Source: Ramazzottius varieornatus (lineage: Eukaryota; Animalia; Tardigrada). Taken from it: a stretch of DNA of 64,000 bases. Numbering within the stretch: the stretch's first letter is position 1; every line of letters starts with the position of its first letter. The DNA lies in assembly GCA_001949185.1 (NCBI GenBank), contig BDGG01000003.1, positions 376,679 to 440,678 on the forward strand, written 5' to 3'. A program made the translations under genes and the position numbers. Of the stretch, positions 49,492 to 61,377 are shown piece by piece. The notes below the pieces were generated by a model. The model did no database searches, was not told the origin of the DNA, and saw only the letters and a list, made by a program, of their open reading frames with translations.

Positions 49492-52400
49492 TGGCCCTCT
49501 TTCTGATTAGGTATTGCTGCTTGCTTTAGCTGCTTGATTGGCATCTCCACCGGACGCTCCGGCACACCGTTTACATCGAGCTGGAATCACTTTGGAAATT
49601 ACACGATCATCCAACAGCTTCGTAACCTACGCAGACGTTGGGGTAAGACATCCACACGTTTTCTGTAATTTTCGCGAAGTCTGGTAATGCAAATTTGAGA
49701 CTCGGAGTGCACTCGACAGAAATGCGCTGTGACATTAGCGTGTAACTGAGAGTTTGATTGTTGATTTCAGCCAAGGCTGCCAGGTGGATGTGTGGTTTCA
49801 TTTCGAGTAGGTTGAGTTGGCCTACTCGCATGAGTACTGTGTGGGCGCACAAGATCCTACTGAAATTTCATTGATGTTTTCAGCATGGCGTAGGCTTGAC
49901 TTGCCCTACTGTCTTGAACCTTCAGGTAAGGCATAGGATCACCCGCTGGCCTTCGGCTATTTTTGGCCTCGTTCGAGCGAACGAAGGTTTGGACTGGTGT
50001 TCGAGTGCGAGCGACTCGGAAGTGCAACTGGCTCTGTTTTTTCTCTTCTCTTCAGCTCTTCGTCATGCTGCAGAGATAGACTTGATCAGTATCGAGCGAG
50101 TGCGGTAGTTTCGATGTGGGTCAGTGCGTTTTGCAACGTGCAAGTGAGCGGAGGTTGAAGTTTGCAGCAAGGCTCTTTGACGGATTCTCTCGTGTAGTGC
50201 CGTCGTGATTGTCGACCTTGATGGAAACCTCGTCAGCCAATCTAACTATCCTCTTGTAGAGCTTCAAGTGCCGTCTTCACTAACCATCAGCATTACTGTA
50301 TTTATTTTTCAGAAACTGGCGACAAGGAAGCGAGGCCGAGCCAGTCATTTGCTTGTACTTATCCTTTTATTTTTGTCTGTTATTATTGTAGGGAATGGCT
50401 AACCAAGCGAGGCTCTCATTCAAGCCGTAAGAACGAAAGCTCTTTGCAGTAGCGATAACCTAGATTTTTCCCTGACTATCATCGATGATCGATCACGTGT
50501 AAATGCAGTCTCGCAGCCGATCGCGCCTTTTAGGCTTTTTTCCCTGCCTTATCTTGAAGTCCCCTACTGGTGGTGTTCTCCTAGTCAAGCCGTGTAGTGT
50601 AATTTCGATACTTCATAACTTCATCGACCACTTCCGAATGATGAATGGTTAATGTCAGGCTGATGCGTGTTTTGCGCAAGGAAGTACGGTTTTCGGCAGG
50701 GGGCGTTGCTGAAGTGCCGTCTATTGTTGACCGTTGGCCAATGGGTTCGTCGGTCGTGTTTAGCCATCCGAAGGAGGTTGGCGTTTGACTTGACGTTAGA
50801 GTTCGGGCACTAAGATTTGAGAAGGAGCAGCAACAGTCGACTTCCTTCCGTCGCGATATACCGGCCTTATTAACGATCCGATTCAGTTGGCGTGAGTAAA
50901 ATTAAAACGAGGAAAATAGGTCAGCGTTTGTGTGTATTGGCGCGTGAGTGAATGTCTGTGTCTCGTGTGGGGGGATACTACGAGTGGAAGCTCTCAAACC
51001 AACGCTCATGAGCACCCAGATTACACCCTATCCTACTCCCAGCCTCTGTCATTCAACCCCGAATCAATTTCCGCCGAACCTGGGCAGGTGGCATTCTACT
51101 CTGTACTTTCCTCCCTCTTTGGTCCAGTGTGGATACAATGGCATAGTTTGCTGAACCAGATTCCTGAGGAGAAACCTGGTAGGAGAACGGAAAGAGTTGC
51201 AGAGTTGGCGAGGCGTAAGGGACAAATCCGCAGTGACGTCAGCACTTGTGCTCAATTCGCAGGCTAGCGGTGCTGGCGAGCAGACAAGAAACGAGCTGGC
51301 CTAGTTTATCTGTTCTTTGCTGCTTCCGCAAGCGATCGACGACGCCATACGCCTCCATATTTCATCGGTTCGCACAGGAATTTTAATGTGTTGATGTACT
51401 AGCAACACCACAACGAAGCAAAGCAGGAAGAAACTCTAGACAGAGATACGTAATGATCGAAACTCCGAACTTCCAAGTGAAGATACACCACATTCAAAGA
51501 TTGATTGTGCACTTAGCACTTCCTCTGGTGACTTTCAGAGGTCCTAAGCACGGCCTTGGCTTGCAGCACTGGGCAGGTTCACGCACGGCGAGATATTATG
51601 CACCAGAAGAAATTATGGACCCAGCGGAAAAGACGGCAAAATGGAAATTTAAACGTAGAAAATTGTATTAGTGCGAATCAGCTGTGTACGTGCGTTCTTC
51701 CGTACCGCCGTAGCGAAAAGACCTGGCGCTTAATCTCTCGTCGTGTGTGTACTGTAAGCTCCAACTCCAAGTCAAATGGAAGGCCGGTAAAGGAAACGCA
51801 AAGTTCGTACCTCAAGTGGCGCATGCTGCCAGCGAGTAACCATAAAAACGTCCGCCACTTGAAAAAGCGACCTTCTACGTTTCGTTTGCCAATCTTCAAT
51901 ACAGTGCTTATGTTATCCGTGACAAAGTTAAACGTCGAGCAATGTTTGTGATAATAAAAGATTATTTCGAGAACGTTTGTGCTCTTGAGATGGTGTGTTT
52001 ATGCATGTGACGATACAACAATTATCAGTGGAAATGAGTGCAACGCACCTGGCAACTTTTGGAAATTGTTAAGCACAATAGAAAGAATGCGGCGCCGCCT
52101 TGTTTATAATTGGAAGAAATCGTAGAAATGTCTGTAGAGTCTCTCATCGTGCGTCCGACGAGGATGTGACGAAGGAGTGGACGATGATTCAGTCTCATTA
52201 CAGTGCAGTATAGTGTAAACATGTTATGATGGCCATGCCGGCACTTGAAGCGCTCACATCTTTCGCCGAAAGATTTACCTTGGACTTGATGGTTCAACGT
52301 AGAGCTCTCTTTGGCTAGACTGATGTCCGTTGCGCAACGGACCGGCTCACTTTCAAGGCAACGATCACGAGTCGTTGCACCGTGATGGACCACGGTCTCA

Positions 52401-52674
52401 CGTTACAGTTGCACTTTGAGGAAGTCAAAAGCCGAGCTAACGGAATCAGTCAATCAACGTTTGGCGCAGTATAGGCGCCTAACGTATTGCTTTGATTGCT
52501 CCTACACTTTTACCAATTCCCCCTTTCTAACCGAAAGTTCGGCAACTCGACAAGTTCCTTTTTCCAAGTGGCGCACGCATCCTATCAATAAAAGTGGAAG
52601 CACGCGCCACCTGCAGAAACGAGTCGAGTTCGTCGGAGAGTAGCGCCATCTACCAGCGCGGCTTCTATGATGCA

Positions 52675-53089
52675 AGGGCGTATGGAGGTTGGTCGGTCGG
52701 GGTCGCAATATTTTGCAGATCTGCAATATCTTTCCCGAAAAGTTTAAACGATTGCACGGGAGGGGACAATCTGGCTGGATTAATTCCAAATACAAGAAAA
52801 TCCGGAAAACGTGACATTTCCCCCGTTTGGGGAAAATGTCACTTTTTGGCACTTTTTTGCTGGACTATGCAGACTTTATCTGATCCATTTCGATGAAAGA
52901 CGTAGAAATCTGGCAAAAACCTTCGAAAATCTGTTCGAAAAAAATGACTCCCTTCAAAAGACCACTGCAATTTTTGAGAAAAAAACCATTTTTAGCCTAC
53001 TGAGGTGCAATTTCTGCCGTATTTTTCTCAGAAAATTGCAGATCCGCACTCATTTTTAGATTCGTGAAAGGTCGGCAACTGCAGCGCCT
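52675..53089. mobile_element. Probable hAT-type MITE
   Basis: Direct repeat CTATGATGCA at 52665-74 and 53088-97; weak AGGGCG / CGCCT ends; A/T-run-rich interior with hairpin GTGACATTTCCCC..GGGGAAAATGTCAC. Confidence 0.55.
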
Positions 53090-54809
53090 ATGATGCAGTG
53101 ACAGATGTAGCAGTATGTGGCTACGCTTGTTCTGGCTCACCAGCAGACAGTTAGTGACGGTACCTCGATGGTTCGGTCGTACGTTTCCAAGTGGGACCAC
53201 GTGTTGCGAATTGGAATAAAGTGAGCCTGTGAGAGCCGCTGGCCATCTTGGTCGCGCTCATTGGGCTGTGAAGGAACGAGTTTGCGGAAGACACAGTTTG
53301 GAGGCTGTTTGATTGACTGATGCGCCATGGCGAAATCAGGTTGATGAGCTTCAGCACCGTTCTTCGAAATTCGATGATGTGTTGTACCCAATCGACGGTC
53401 ATAAAAAACACAGCCGAAGAGCAAGAAAGAACGCTGAAAGTGAAATGCAATGTGACAGGTTGCTTCGCATTGTCGTCTTGGTGGGTCTTCGAACACCATT
53501 GTTGACCCACATATCAGCGTTCTCAGGCATCTCTTCGACTCCATCTCCACTGTTGAGAAAAATCACTCCGGGTAATTTATCTATCAGTGTTAGAGGTGGA
53601 TAGCAGCTGGCTGATTATACTTCTCTCTTTCGCCTCGCGGTGTGCCGAATTCCACCAGCATGTCAAAGGTATGTCCCGCGTTATATTGTTGTTGCTTTTT
53701 GGACCTTGTCAGCTCAACGCGGCGCCGCACTCGTTGCCATATCGTTTTGGTTACGGTGCAGTGATGAGTGATAAATCTTGAGCTTGGCCACTACGTCACT
53801 GCTCCACTTTCCCACCTAATCGATTTGACGACTTCGATCTCTGCGACATCTTTCTTTCAGCAGAACGTAAGTAGTTGACTGTTGCCGTCCATTCTACTAA
53901 TTGCTCTTGAGAGTCTCCACGATTGACTAATGTCAACTGACCCAAACATTCAAAGGCTGATAGTCTGTCAATTCAATCGTCTTTCTGTCAGTAATCCTAG
54001 ATCGGAAGAAAAATCAAATTAAAATCCAAAACCCGAAGTTGCCAAATGTGCAAAGTTAAGTTGATTGGTCCCTTGGCAGGAACGCTTCCAAACAACAAGG
54101 AAGTGCGTTCAGTGTCAGTGAGGAGAGGCTTGTTGGGTTGTGTTTGAACTTGTACACTGGTCAGATGGGGAGGGCCATGACGTAACAGACGCAACACGCG
54201 ATGACGTATGCCTGTCACAACGGCACATCGGATATCCTGAGTGCGTGCGAAGGCTTACAGGTCAGCCATCGGTGCGACTTGACTTCCCGCCAGGCTGGTG
54301 TGATATGGCAGTTTCCTGAATGGTGTAGTTGAACTTTGAGTTGACGGTGGGAATGAACTGCTAAGTAATGCAATAATGCAGGCTGCTTGACCAGTCAATA
54401 GCGGTCAATCGCCGTACGGGAATTCGGTAGGCAGAGTGTGTTGGTAGGCAAGGTTGTTGCACCATCGATCAAAACGCGTTATGCAATACCAGTTTCGGTC
54501 CAATCTCTCCGTATAGTAGACTGCGTGTTACTCTACTGGCCGATTTGGCAGCCGGCTTAACGCATGTTGCCATCGTTAAAACTTGATAAGCTTCTACAAC
54601 ACGTACACTAAACAAGCATAAAACCAAAAGATAAGACAATAATCCCCGTGATTACCGATGACCACAAGCATACTCCTCTGATGTCCCAACAACTAGCCCG
54701 CATGTTGAACTTCTTGGTCCATGTTTCGATCAAGACTGGGGAATTTCTGGCCTAGGCCAGTGAACCAAGCAACCGTGTGACGTCACTGCAGAGCATACCA
54801 CGGAATGTA

Positions 54810-55545
54810 CAGCCAGCTCAAGCCAACTTGCTACCACTCATTAAATCGAGGCTGTGTCGACTCGATTCGAGTTCCCCTTCGAAACCAATTTCTCCATGTC
54901 TAGCATTCTATTTGCCACCTTCAACAAATTGACCGGCCAGAAACCCGTGCACAAACAGTCAGGATCGAAATTAAACTCGGGGAGGTTCAAAGTGAAAAAC
55001 GAAACAACTTCTGTCGTTTTTGGACCCCTTTCGAAAAATTACCTTTCAGTTTTTCTTTGACATCTCGTGGTACGGTTGTTAAAAATAATTAGAACAGACA
55101 TTGAACTACTGGAAAAGAGGTCGAAAGTTCAAATCCGCCGTTCTGGAACACAGCTATAAATTTTACCAGAAAAGATTTCCCGGCAAAACGGAGGAATTCG
55201 ACGGTTTTAATTCGTTTGGCAAGCTCGTTCGGAACTTTCCTGCTCTTTCTTGATCCATTCCGACCACCAACGCAATTCTAAGTCTGTTTGCGTCAGTTTG
55301 GGGGTGAAGCTCCCACCCGGAATTTTCGCAGAACGCGTTTTACCTGCTGCGGTTTGTATTCCCAACCGGAAGTCATTCTGCTCAACTTTCTCGAACTATG
55401 TCCAATCACAATAAGAAGCATCATAGCTCAGTCGAAGCAGCTTTAAAAGTTGCACGGAACGTGTGGAAGCATGAATGCTACGGTCGTACTTTAAATTTTT
55501 CACCGTCGAAATGCTAGGTGGTAGCAAGTTGGCTTGGGCGGGGTG
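54810..55545. mobile_element. Tc1/mariner-type MITE
   Basis: TIR CA..C.GC.CAAGCCAACTTGCTACCAC; TA flanks at 54808-09 and 55546-47. Confidence 0.75.
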
Positions 55546-57291
55546 TAATTATCGTTCGCTGATGTAAGAAGAGTAGTTTCATGTGGAAGGAGGTCGAAAT
55601 GAATAATTCAGTTTGATCAGTAAGGTTTCGAGGCGCATTTAATTAAACCCAGTAGGTTTGTGTGCAGTTATGACTTTGACGACACTCATAAATTAGGCGG
55701 ATAATTGGAAGGTACTTCCGCGGCAGAAGCTGCAGTGACCGATAAGCGGTGAGATGTGTGTGTGGCTGTAAAGCGACGGTGTCGATTAGCCAGCCAACGT
55801 AAATCCATCCGTGAATTTATTGACTTTGCGCTCAGACGATGAGCGTTGTCTAGGAGGTCGTCCTTGTTGTCTTTAATGAAAAGGCTCAGTGCTTGACTCC
55901 CGTCTCTTTACCCATGTCATAAAATTCAAAGCGGTACATCAACCTCTAAGATCTACACTGGCTTATGATGACATAACTTTTGCGGTATTTTGCTCTGATG
56001 TTGGTTCAATCACCGCCCACTCTAAACTGTTTTTCGCCGTGCCCGAACCGCGGTCAAAAGCACGGCAGATACTGAAATCCTACGAACATTCCACAGGTGG
56101 ACGCAGCACCGACGCAATGGTGATTGGTTGGTCCAATCAGCAGGCTCGTTTCACCGTCAGTGACACGAACCGTTTCCCGTCGAAACATGTTTGGCTTTTA
56201 TTCGGCCGCAGTGACGTCACAGTAGGACTTGGCGCCGAATCGGACGGCAGGCCGTGAGGTTCTTCAGTATAGAGAGACCTCCTGGTTACAATCACTTACA
56301 GCTGACTTTGGCCCGTTGATTGGTGGATCGGCAGCTTTGAACTGCGGATTTCTGTCTTGTTTCCGTTGGTTGGACTTTGGAGCGAAGTCAACTTTGCAGA
56401 CTTTGCGCATGTTGTCTTTTTCTCAAGAACTGACCTACTTGGTTCATCTCCAAACATGACATCATACCAGTATAAGGGAGAGTATGTAGCTGAAGAGGCC
56501 GTTTTGATGACTTCACGTCATCATCTGCAAATCTCATCAGAGCCCGCGCCACTTTATGGCATGAGAGCAATGTGTATAGCCAGCCTTGTGGCGGTCAAAT
56601 AACCTCAAGCACTTCATAAAGTGAAGGCTTGAGAGCAAAGAGATGCGGCGGTGAAATACATATGGTAATGATGGCGGCGGAAATGCCAGCAAGGTATGCA
56701 GTGAAATATGGGCTATGGAGTTGTACGGCAAACTTGAGCCTTACTGATACAGGCCACAAAGTAAAAGTAGAGTGGGTTCGTATACGACGATAGTAGCTAG
56801 CTGTGCATGTACTGTGGTGATAAGACGACGAGAGTTTATTCGCCAACACAAATGTCAGCCGTTGGGTGTAGCTCAACCAACATCACTCAGTTCATCCATC
56901 GTCCATTGCACCGATTCTCGCGTGTTTTCACTATTCAAAGAGCCACTGTCATATTTTCCTCGCTCTTGGTCTCTCTTTCTTGTGGCGGTCGCTTTCGCTG
57001 CGCTTCCTCCGCGTTACGTAACTTGAATCTTCTGGTCGGAGTCGGTCCCAAAGTCTGACCAGATGTTAAGAGCTTGTCAGCTTGCTGCTTTCAGTTACTC
57101 TACCACGAATGGGTGCCGTTGATTGATTACGTTACCCCAACACGAAAGCACACTTTGTGCTCCTTTCTGTTATGTGAGGGACTGGACAGAGGCGGACTGA
57201 GTAATTGATCAATTTTTGACTGGTCGATTGTGCGAAAGGACTACTGGAATTATAAAAGTTGACTGTACACTGGAGGATCTAACAGCAAAAA

Positions 57292-60200
57292 ATGGTGGAT
57301 ATGCAGATGAATATGAATTACCACGCCATGTTTCCAGGTTCCGTTGGTCATGTGAACGGGCTGGGACCGCCGAACAACCATAATCACAACCAGCCGCTGC
57401 ATCTTCCACAAATTCCTGACACTTCCAATATGGCGTATGGTGGTATACCATATCCCCCTGTCGTCTCCTCCTACCCCGTAGGCAACATTACCCAGTTCAC
57501 CATGAATACTCCGGGACAGTGTCTGGTCTGTGGCGACACAAAGTCCCTGGGCAAGAACTACGGCGGATGGACCTGCACTGGCTGCAAGTCCTTCTTCAGA
57601 CGCTGTATCGAGAAGCAGACGGTACCCCGCTGTAAGTATGGCGGACAGTGCGAGATTGACCTCTTCATGCGACGAAAGTGTCCAGAGTGTCGGCTGAAAA
57701 AGTGCTTTCGCATTGGCATGAGGATGGACCTGGTGGCGCGCGACGATCCCACCACCAAGACGGTGGATGAAGGGGAGAACGTCAAGCCACAGGAACATCG
57801 CAGTCCGGCCAGCTCCACGGCAAGTCCTGCGCCCAGTCAAGTGGTCACTTCAACAGGTATGCCCACGTTTGAAAAACCTTCTCTGAAGGAGGATCTAAAG
57901 GACGGTCCAGCCTACATGTACTCGTAACCTGAGCTTTCTGCAAATCGTTTCTTTCAAAACATGATTTGATTGACGTTGGAGCTACGTCGCACTGAGCTCA
58001 ACTGTCCGTTTTCTCGAAAACTTTCTCGTGTTTTTGTAAATCGAAGGTTTGGTGGACGTTTCTTGTTGGAGTGAGGTTGAGCTTTGCTCGTTCTTGTAGG
58101 GAGTGTTGGACCTGTTGGTGGACCAGTCAGTTCCCCCGTCAGTTCCGTCACCTCCAATGTGGACGCCAGCTTGGCCAGTCTGCCCGAGCATCCGCACCAG
58201 CAGACCATCAAGATCATAACCTACTACCAAGATATCTTCGATATTCCCTCCAATGATGACATTACCAAGCTGACCAATTTCGCCTTTACGGGTGACGTCT
58301 CCTACGACAAACAAAGAGGATTCGAACACTTTGCCGAACTGACAATCCTTGCAGGTATGTTTCGGCAGAAACTACTCTTCATTTGGAAATTTAGAAACAG
58401 GCTCATTTGTGGGATCCGACTGTGAAACTTTGATGACTGATCAAGTTGGAATTTCCAAAGGATTTCTCAGATCGCTGTGAATGAATCGATTCGAGATTGA
58501 TGATTCGACTAAATAACAAATTTTCACAGTCGGGGTGGTTTTTTATTCGAAACTCAAGGCGGTCATGTTTTGGCTGTGACGTCACTGCGAGAGGTCTTTG
58601 GTGTGAGGAGAGGAAGGCCGTCGGCTGGCCCATGTTGAGATAAGTGAAACCTAACGTTAATGGGGGAAACTGGATATTGGATGCGGGTTCGCGAAGAGAG
58701 TGAGTCTGATTTTATGTTGGCCAACCCTTATTACGCCGTAATGTGTTGGTTCTCTGTGCATGTTGTGTGTTAGTTTGCAGAAGAGGGAATGTAGGTCAGC
58801 GCAGCAAGATATAGACATTGCACTAATGACATGCCTGAGTGAAGTCTAAAACGAGTCTGTGGCGTGTTTTCTTACGCAACAGAGTAAACTGTTGCAGCTT
58901 TACTACCTAGCGTAAGCAAGAACCTTGGCTGTGAAACTTGCAGAAATAGAAGACCATATTACCGAACTAGCGCTTAATTCAAAGAGGGTGTCATAGAAAC
59001 ACCGTAGTACGACGGCAAAAATTGACTGAAAATTCAGATAGATCTTGCGCCCATGAAAGCCTGAAAAAAACTGAAGTATTCAGTTTTTGAGCCAAGAAAA
59101 GATTTTCGTGCCGAAATTTCGAAAATAATGTTTTCAGAAACTGGAAACATCGGATTCCAAATAGATGATACTTCGCTCGGGTTGTACGTAATCGACCTTA
59201 GAAGAACCGGCAGAGGCTATTATGAGTTAGATATCCCGTAACGAAGAACTAGCTCGAATTCGATTCGATGACAGTTTTGCTCTGACGAGGCAGACTCTGA
59301 TCGGACTCAATGTGATGAAAGAATTCTTCGATCACACTCAAGAGTTCTTTCTTTGGAGTGATCATGAGTGAGACCACCGAAAACCGGATTGTGCGTTGAA
59401 GAAAATTCTTTCTTGAAGGTTTTTCTTCACCGTACTGAAATTGAAATTGAAAAATACGAAGGTGGATCTTTGTCGGAGAGTAAATCACGTAGATCACATT
59501 GAGCAAACACCAGAAAGCATTTCTTGCGGCAGACAATAAAACAAGTAGAAGCTATGGTGGTAGTTGGTGTTCTGCTGTGGGGAAGGTGGCCATGTTGTGC
59601 ATATGCATGCCTGAGAGTTGCATCGGTGATGGCGGACTAAATCGGTCAGTGGAGGGTCCTTTGGTCTAATTACCCACCATCACAACCAGCATGACCAAGC
59701 CTACCACTACACGGCGTTGTACCACAGTAATTTCTGCGCAAGGAGAAGACGCCTGTGATACGCAAGACTAGAACGTGCAACGACGTGCCACTCAGCAGAT
59801 TCTTCGTGCAGAACAGACTTGCTGAAGAGCGACTCGAAATGTCAAGAGAAGCTGTTCCACTGGAACAAATTGAACAAGCTATCGAATGAAACTCTCCCCT
59901 CCCCCACAGCGTTTTCGCTTAGAACTTGGAAGTAAAGATGGGAGGGCAACAAATCGCCGTTTATACATTATCTGAACTGACGCACGTTTCCCTCCCTTGA
60001 CAAAAAAACTGCGCCACTGGAGACAACGATCATCCTGAGATTGGTTGTCGGCCTCTAAAACGACGATACCTCGAGCAATGAAGGAAATTGTGGAAGGTAC
60101 CAGGTGAAAATTCTTGTGGGTCTTTTTCGGTATTCATGCATGCTACGTTCGGTAGTGGAACTGGTCAAGTGAAGAAGTCGAATATTCGTGGAAAAGATAG

Positions 60201-61377
60201 ACTGTTTTCTGGAACGTGAGTGAATGAGTGGTGGGTTGGTTTTCGGGTTCTTGGGACATGTTTGTGGGCAGAGTAGAGGATGTTTGTTGAGGATGCGTCC
60301 TGACCCAAAAAGCGCGCCATCATGTCCATGTGGAATGTGGACTAGTCAGTCACATCTCTCCCGTGGTGTCGGCAACCTCATTCCTGGGACCGGCAGTTGC
60401 ACTTTGTTGACACAAGTGTATTGTAACAGCCATTAACGATTACTCAACAATCAATTTGTGCAGCGTTTAGGCCGCAATGTGGTCGATAACGATACACATG
60501 GATTGATAACACAAGACAATCACTCGACCCACATTTCTCCCTCCCGCTGCACTCACAAAACTACTCTTTATTACAGGATAAACACGTCGAAGGACACTTT
60601 TAGGGCGGTATCACAGTGCAAAGTTTCTGTTTGTTTGCGAGTACCCACCATACTCGGTGCCCGTTAACGTGGCTTCGTAGTGACGCCAATTCAAACAGTT
60701 GATCGAATACTTGAATTCCGAAGCCTAAGGGTCCCCCCTTTGAATTTTGAAAAATTCTTACTGTCTGAGGAGAAGTCGGAAATTTGAACTTCTTATTTTT
60801 CACCGTCCACTAATTATTCCTATTTGCAGTGCAACTGGTTGTAAGGTTCGCCAAGCATCTGCCCGGCTTCGACCAGCTAGCCTTGAACGACCAGCTGATT
60901 CTCCTGAAGGAAAGTTCGGTGGAGGTTCTACAGCTGCGGACAGCCCGCCGATATGACTTCAACACGGATAGTATTCTCTTCTCGTCGAACCACGCCATCA
61001 CTCGCGAATGCTACAAGAGTGTCATGATGAGCAACTGCGCACACAGCATCTACAACTTCTGCCGTCATGTCGTCGGGCAGAAAGTGGACAACGTCGAGTA
61101 CGCCCTCCTGACAGCCTTGGTCATCTTCTCACCCCGACCTGAGCTGGAGAACCAGAAAGCGGTCCTGAAGTGGCAGGAAATGTACCTGGAGATCTTCCAG
61201 GACTACATCAGGATGAGAAGAGCCAGTGAACCCAACGCTCTGGCCAAGTTACTCATGATCCTAACTAAGCTTCGCTCGTTGGGCTCCGACTTCAACGACA
61301 TGCTCTTCTCGCTCAAGCTGGAAAACAGAAAGTTACCGCCTCTTCTGGAAGAAATTTGGATCAGCAGACCGGTGTAG
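57292..61377 (+). CDS. EcR: Ecdysone-receptor-like nuclear receptor (NR1H), divergent
   Basis: Exons 57292-57856, 58100-58354, 60830-61377 (two phase-1 junctions). C4 fingers CLVCGD..CTGCKSFFRR..CKYGGQCEIDLFMRRKCPECRLKKC; LBD FEHFAELTILAVQLVVRFAKHLPGF..DQLILLK..LRTARRYD..DSILF..VDNVEYALLTALVIFS.RP..LKLENRKLPPLLEEIW. Confidence 0.88.

Noticed and set aside
49500-57290. Many 60-140 aa ORFs upstream of the EcR-like gene
   Set aside because: No motifs or codon bias; more consistent with regulatory DNA, 5' UTR introns and MITEs.
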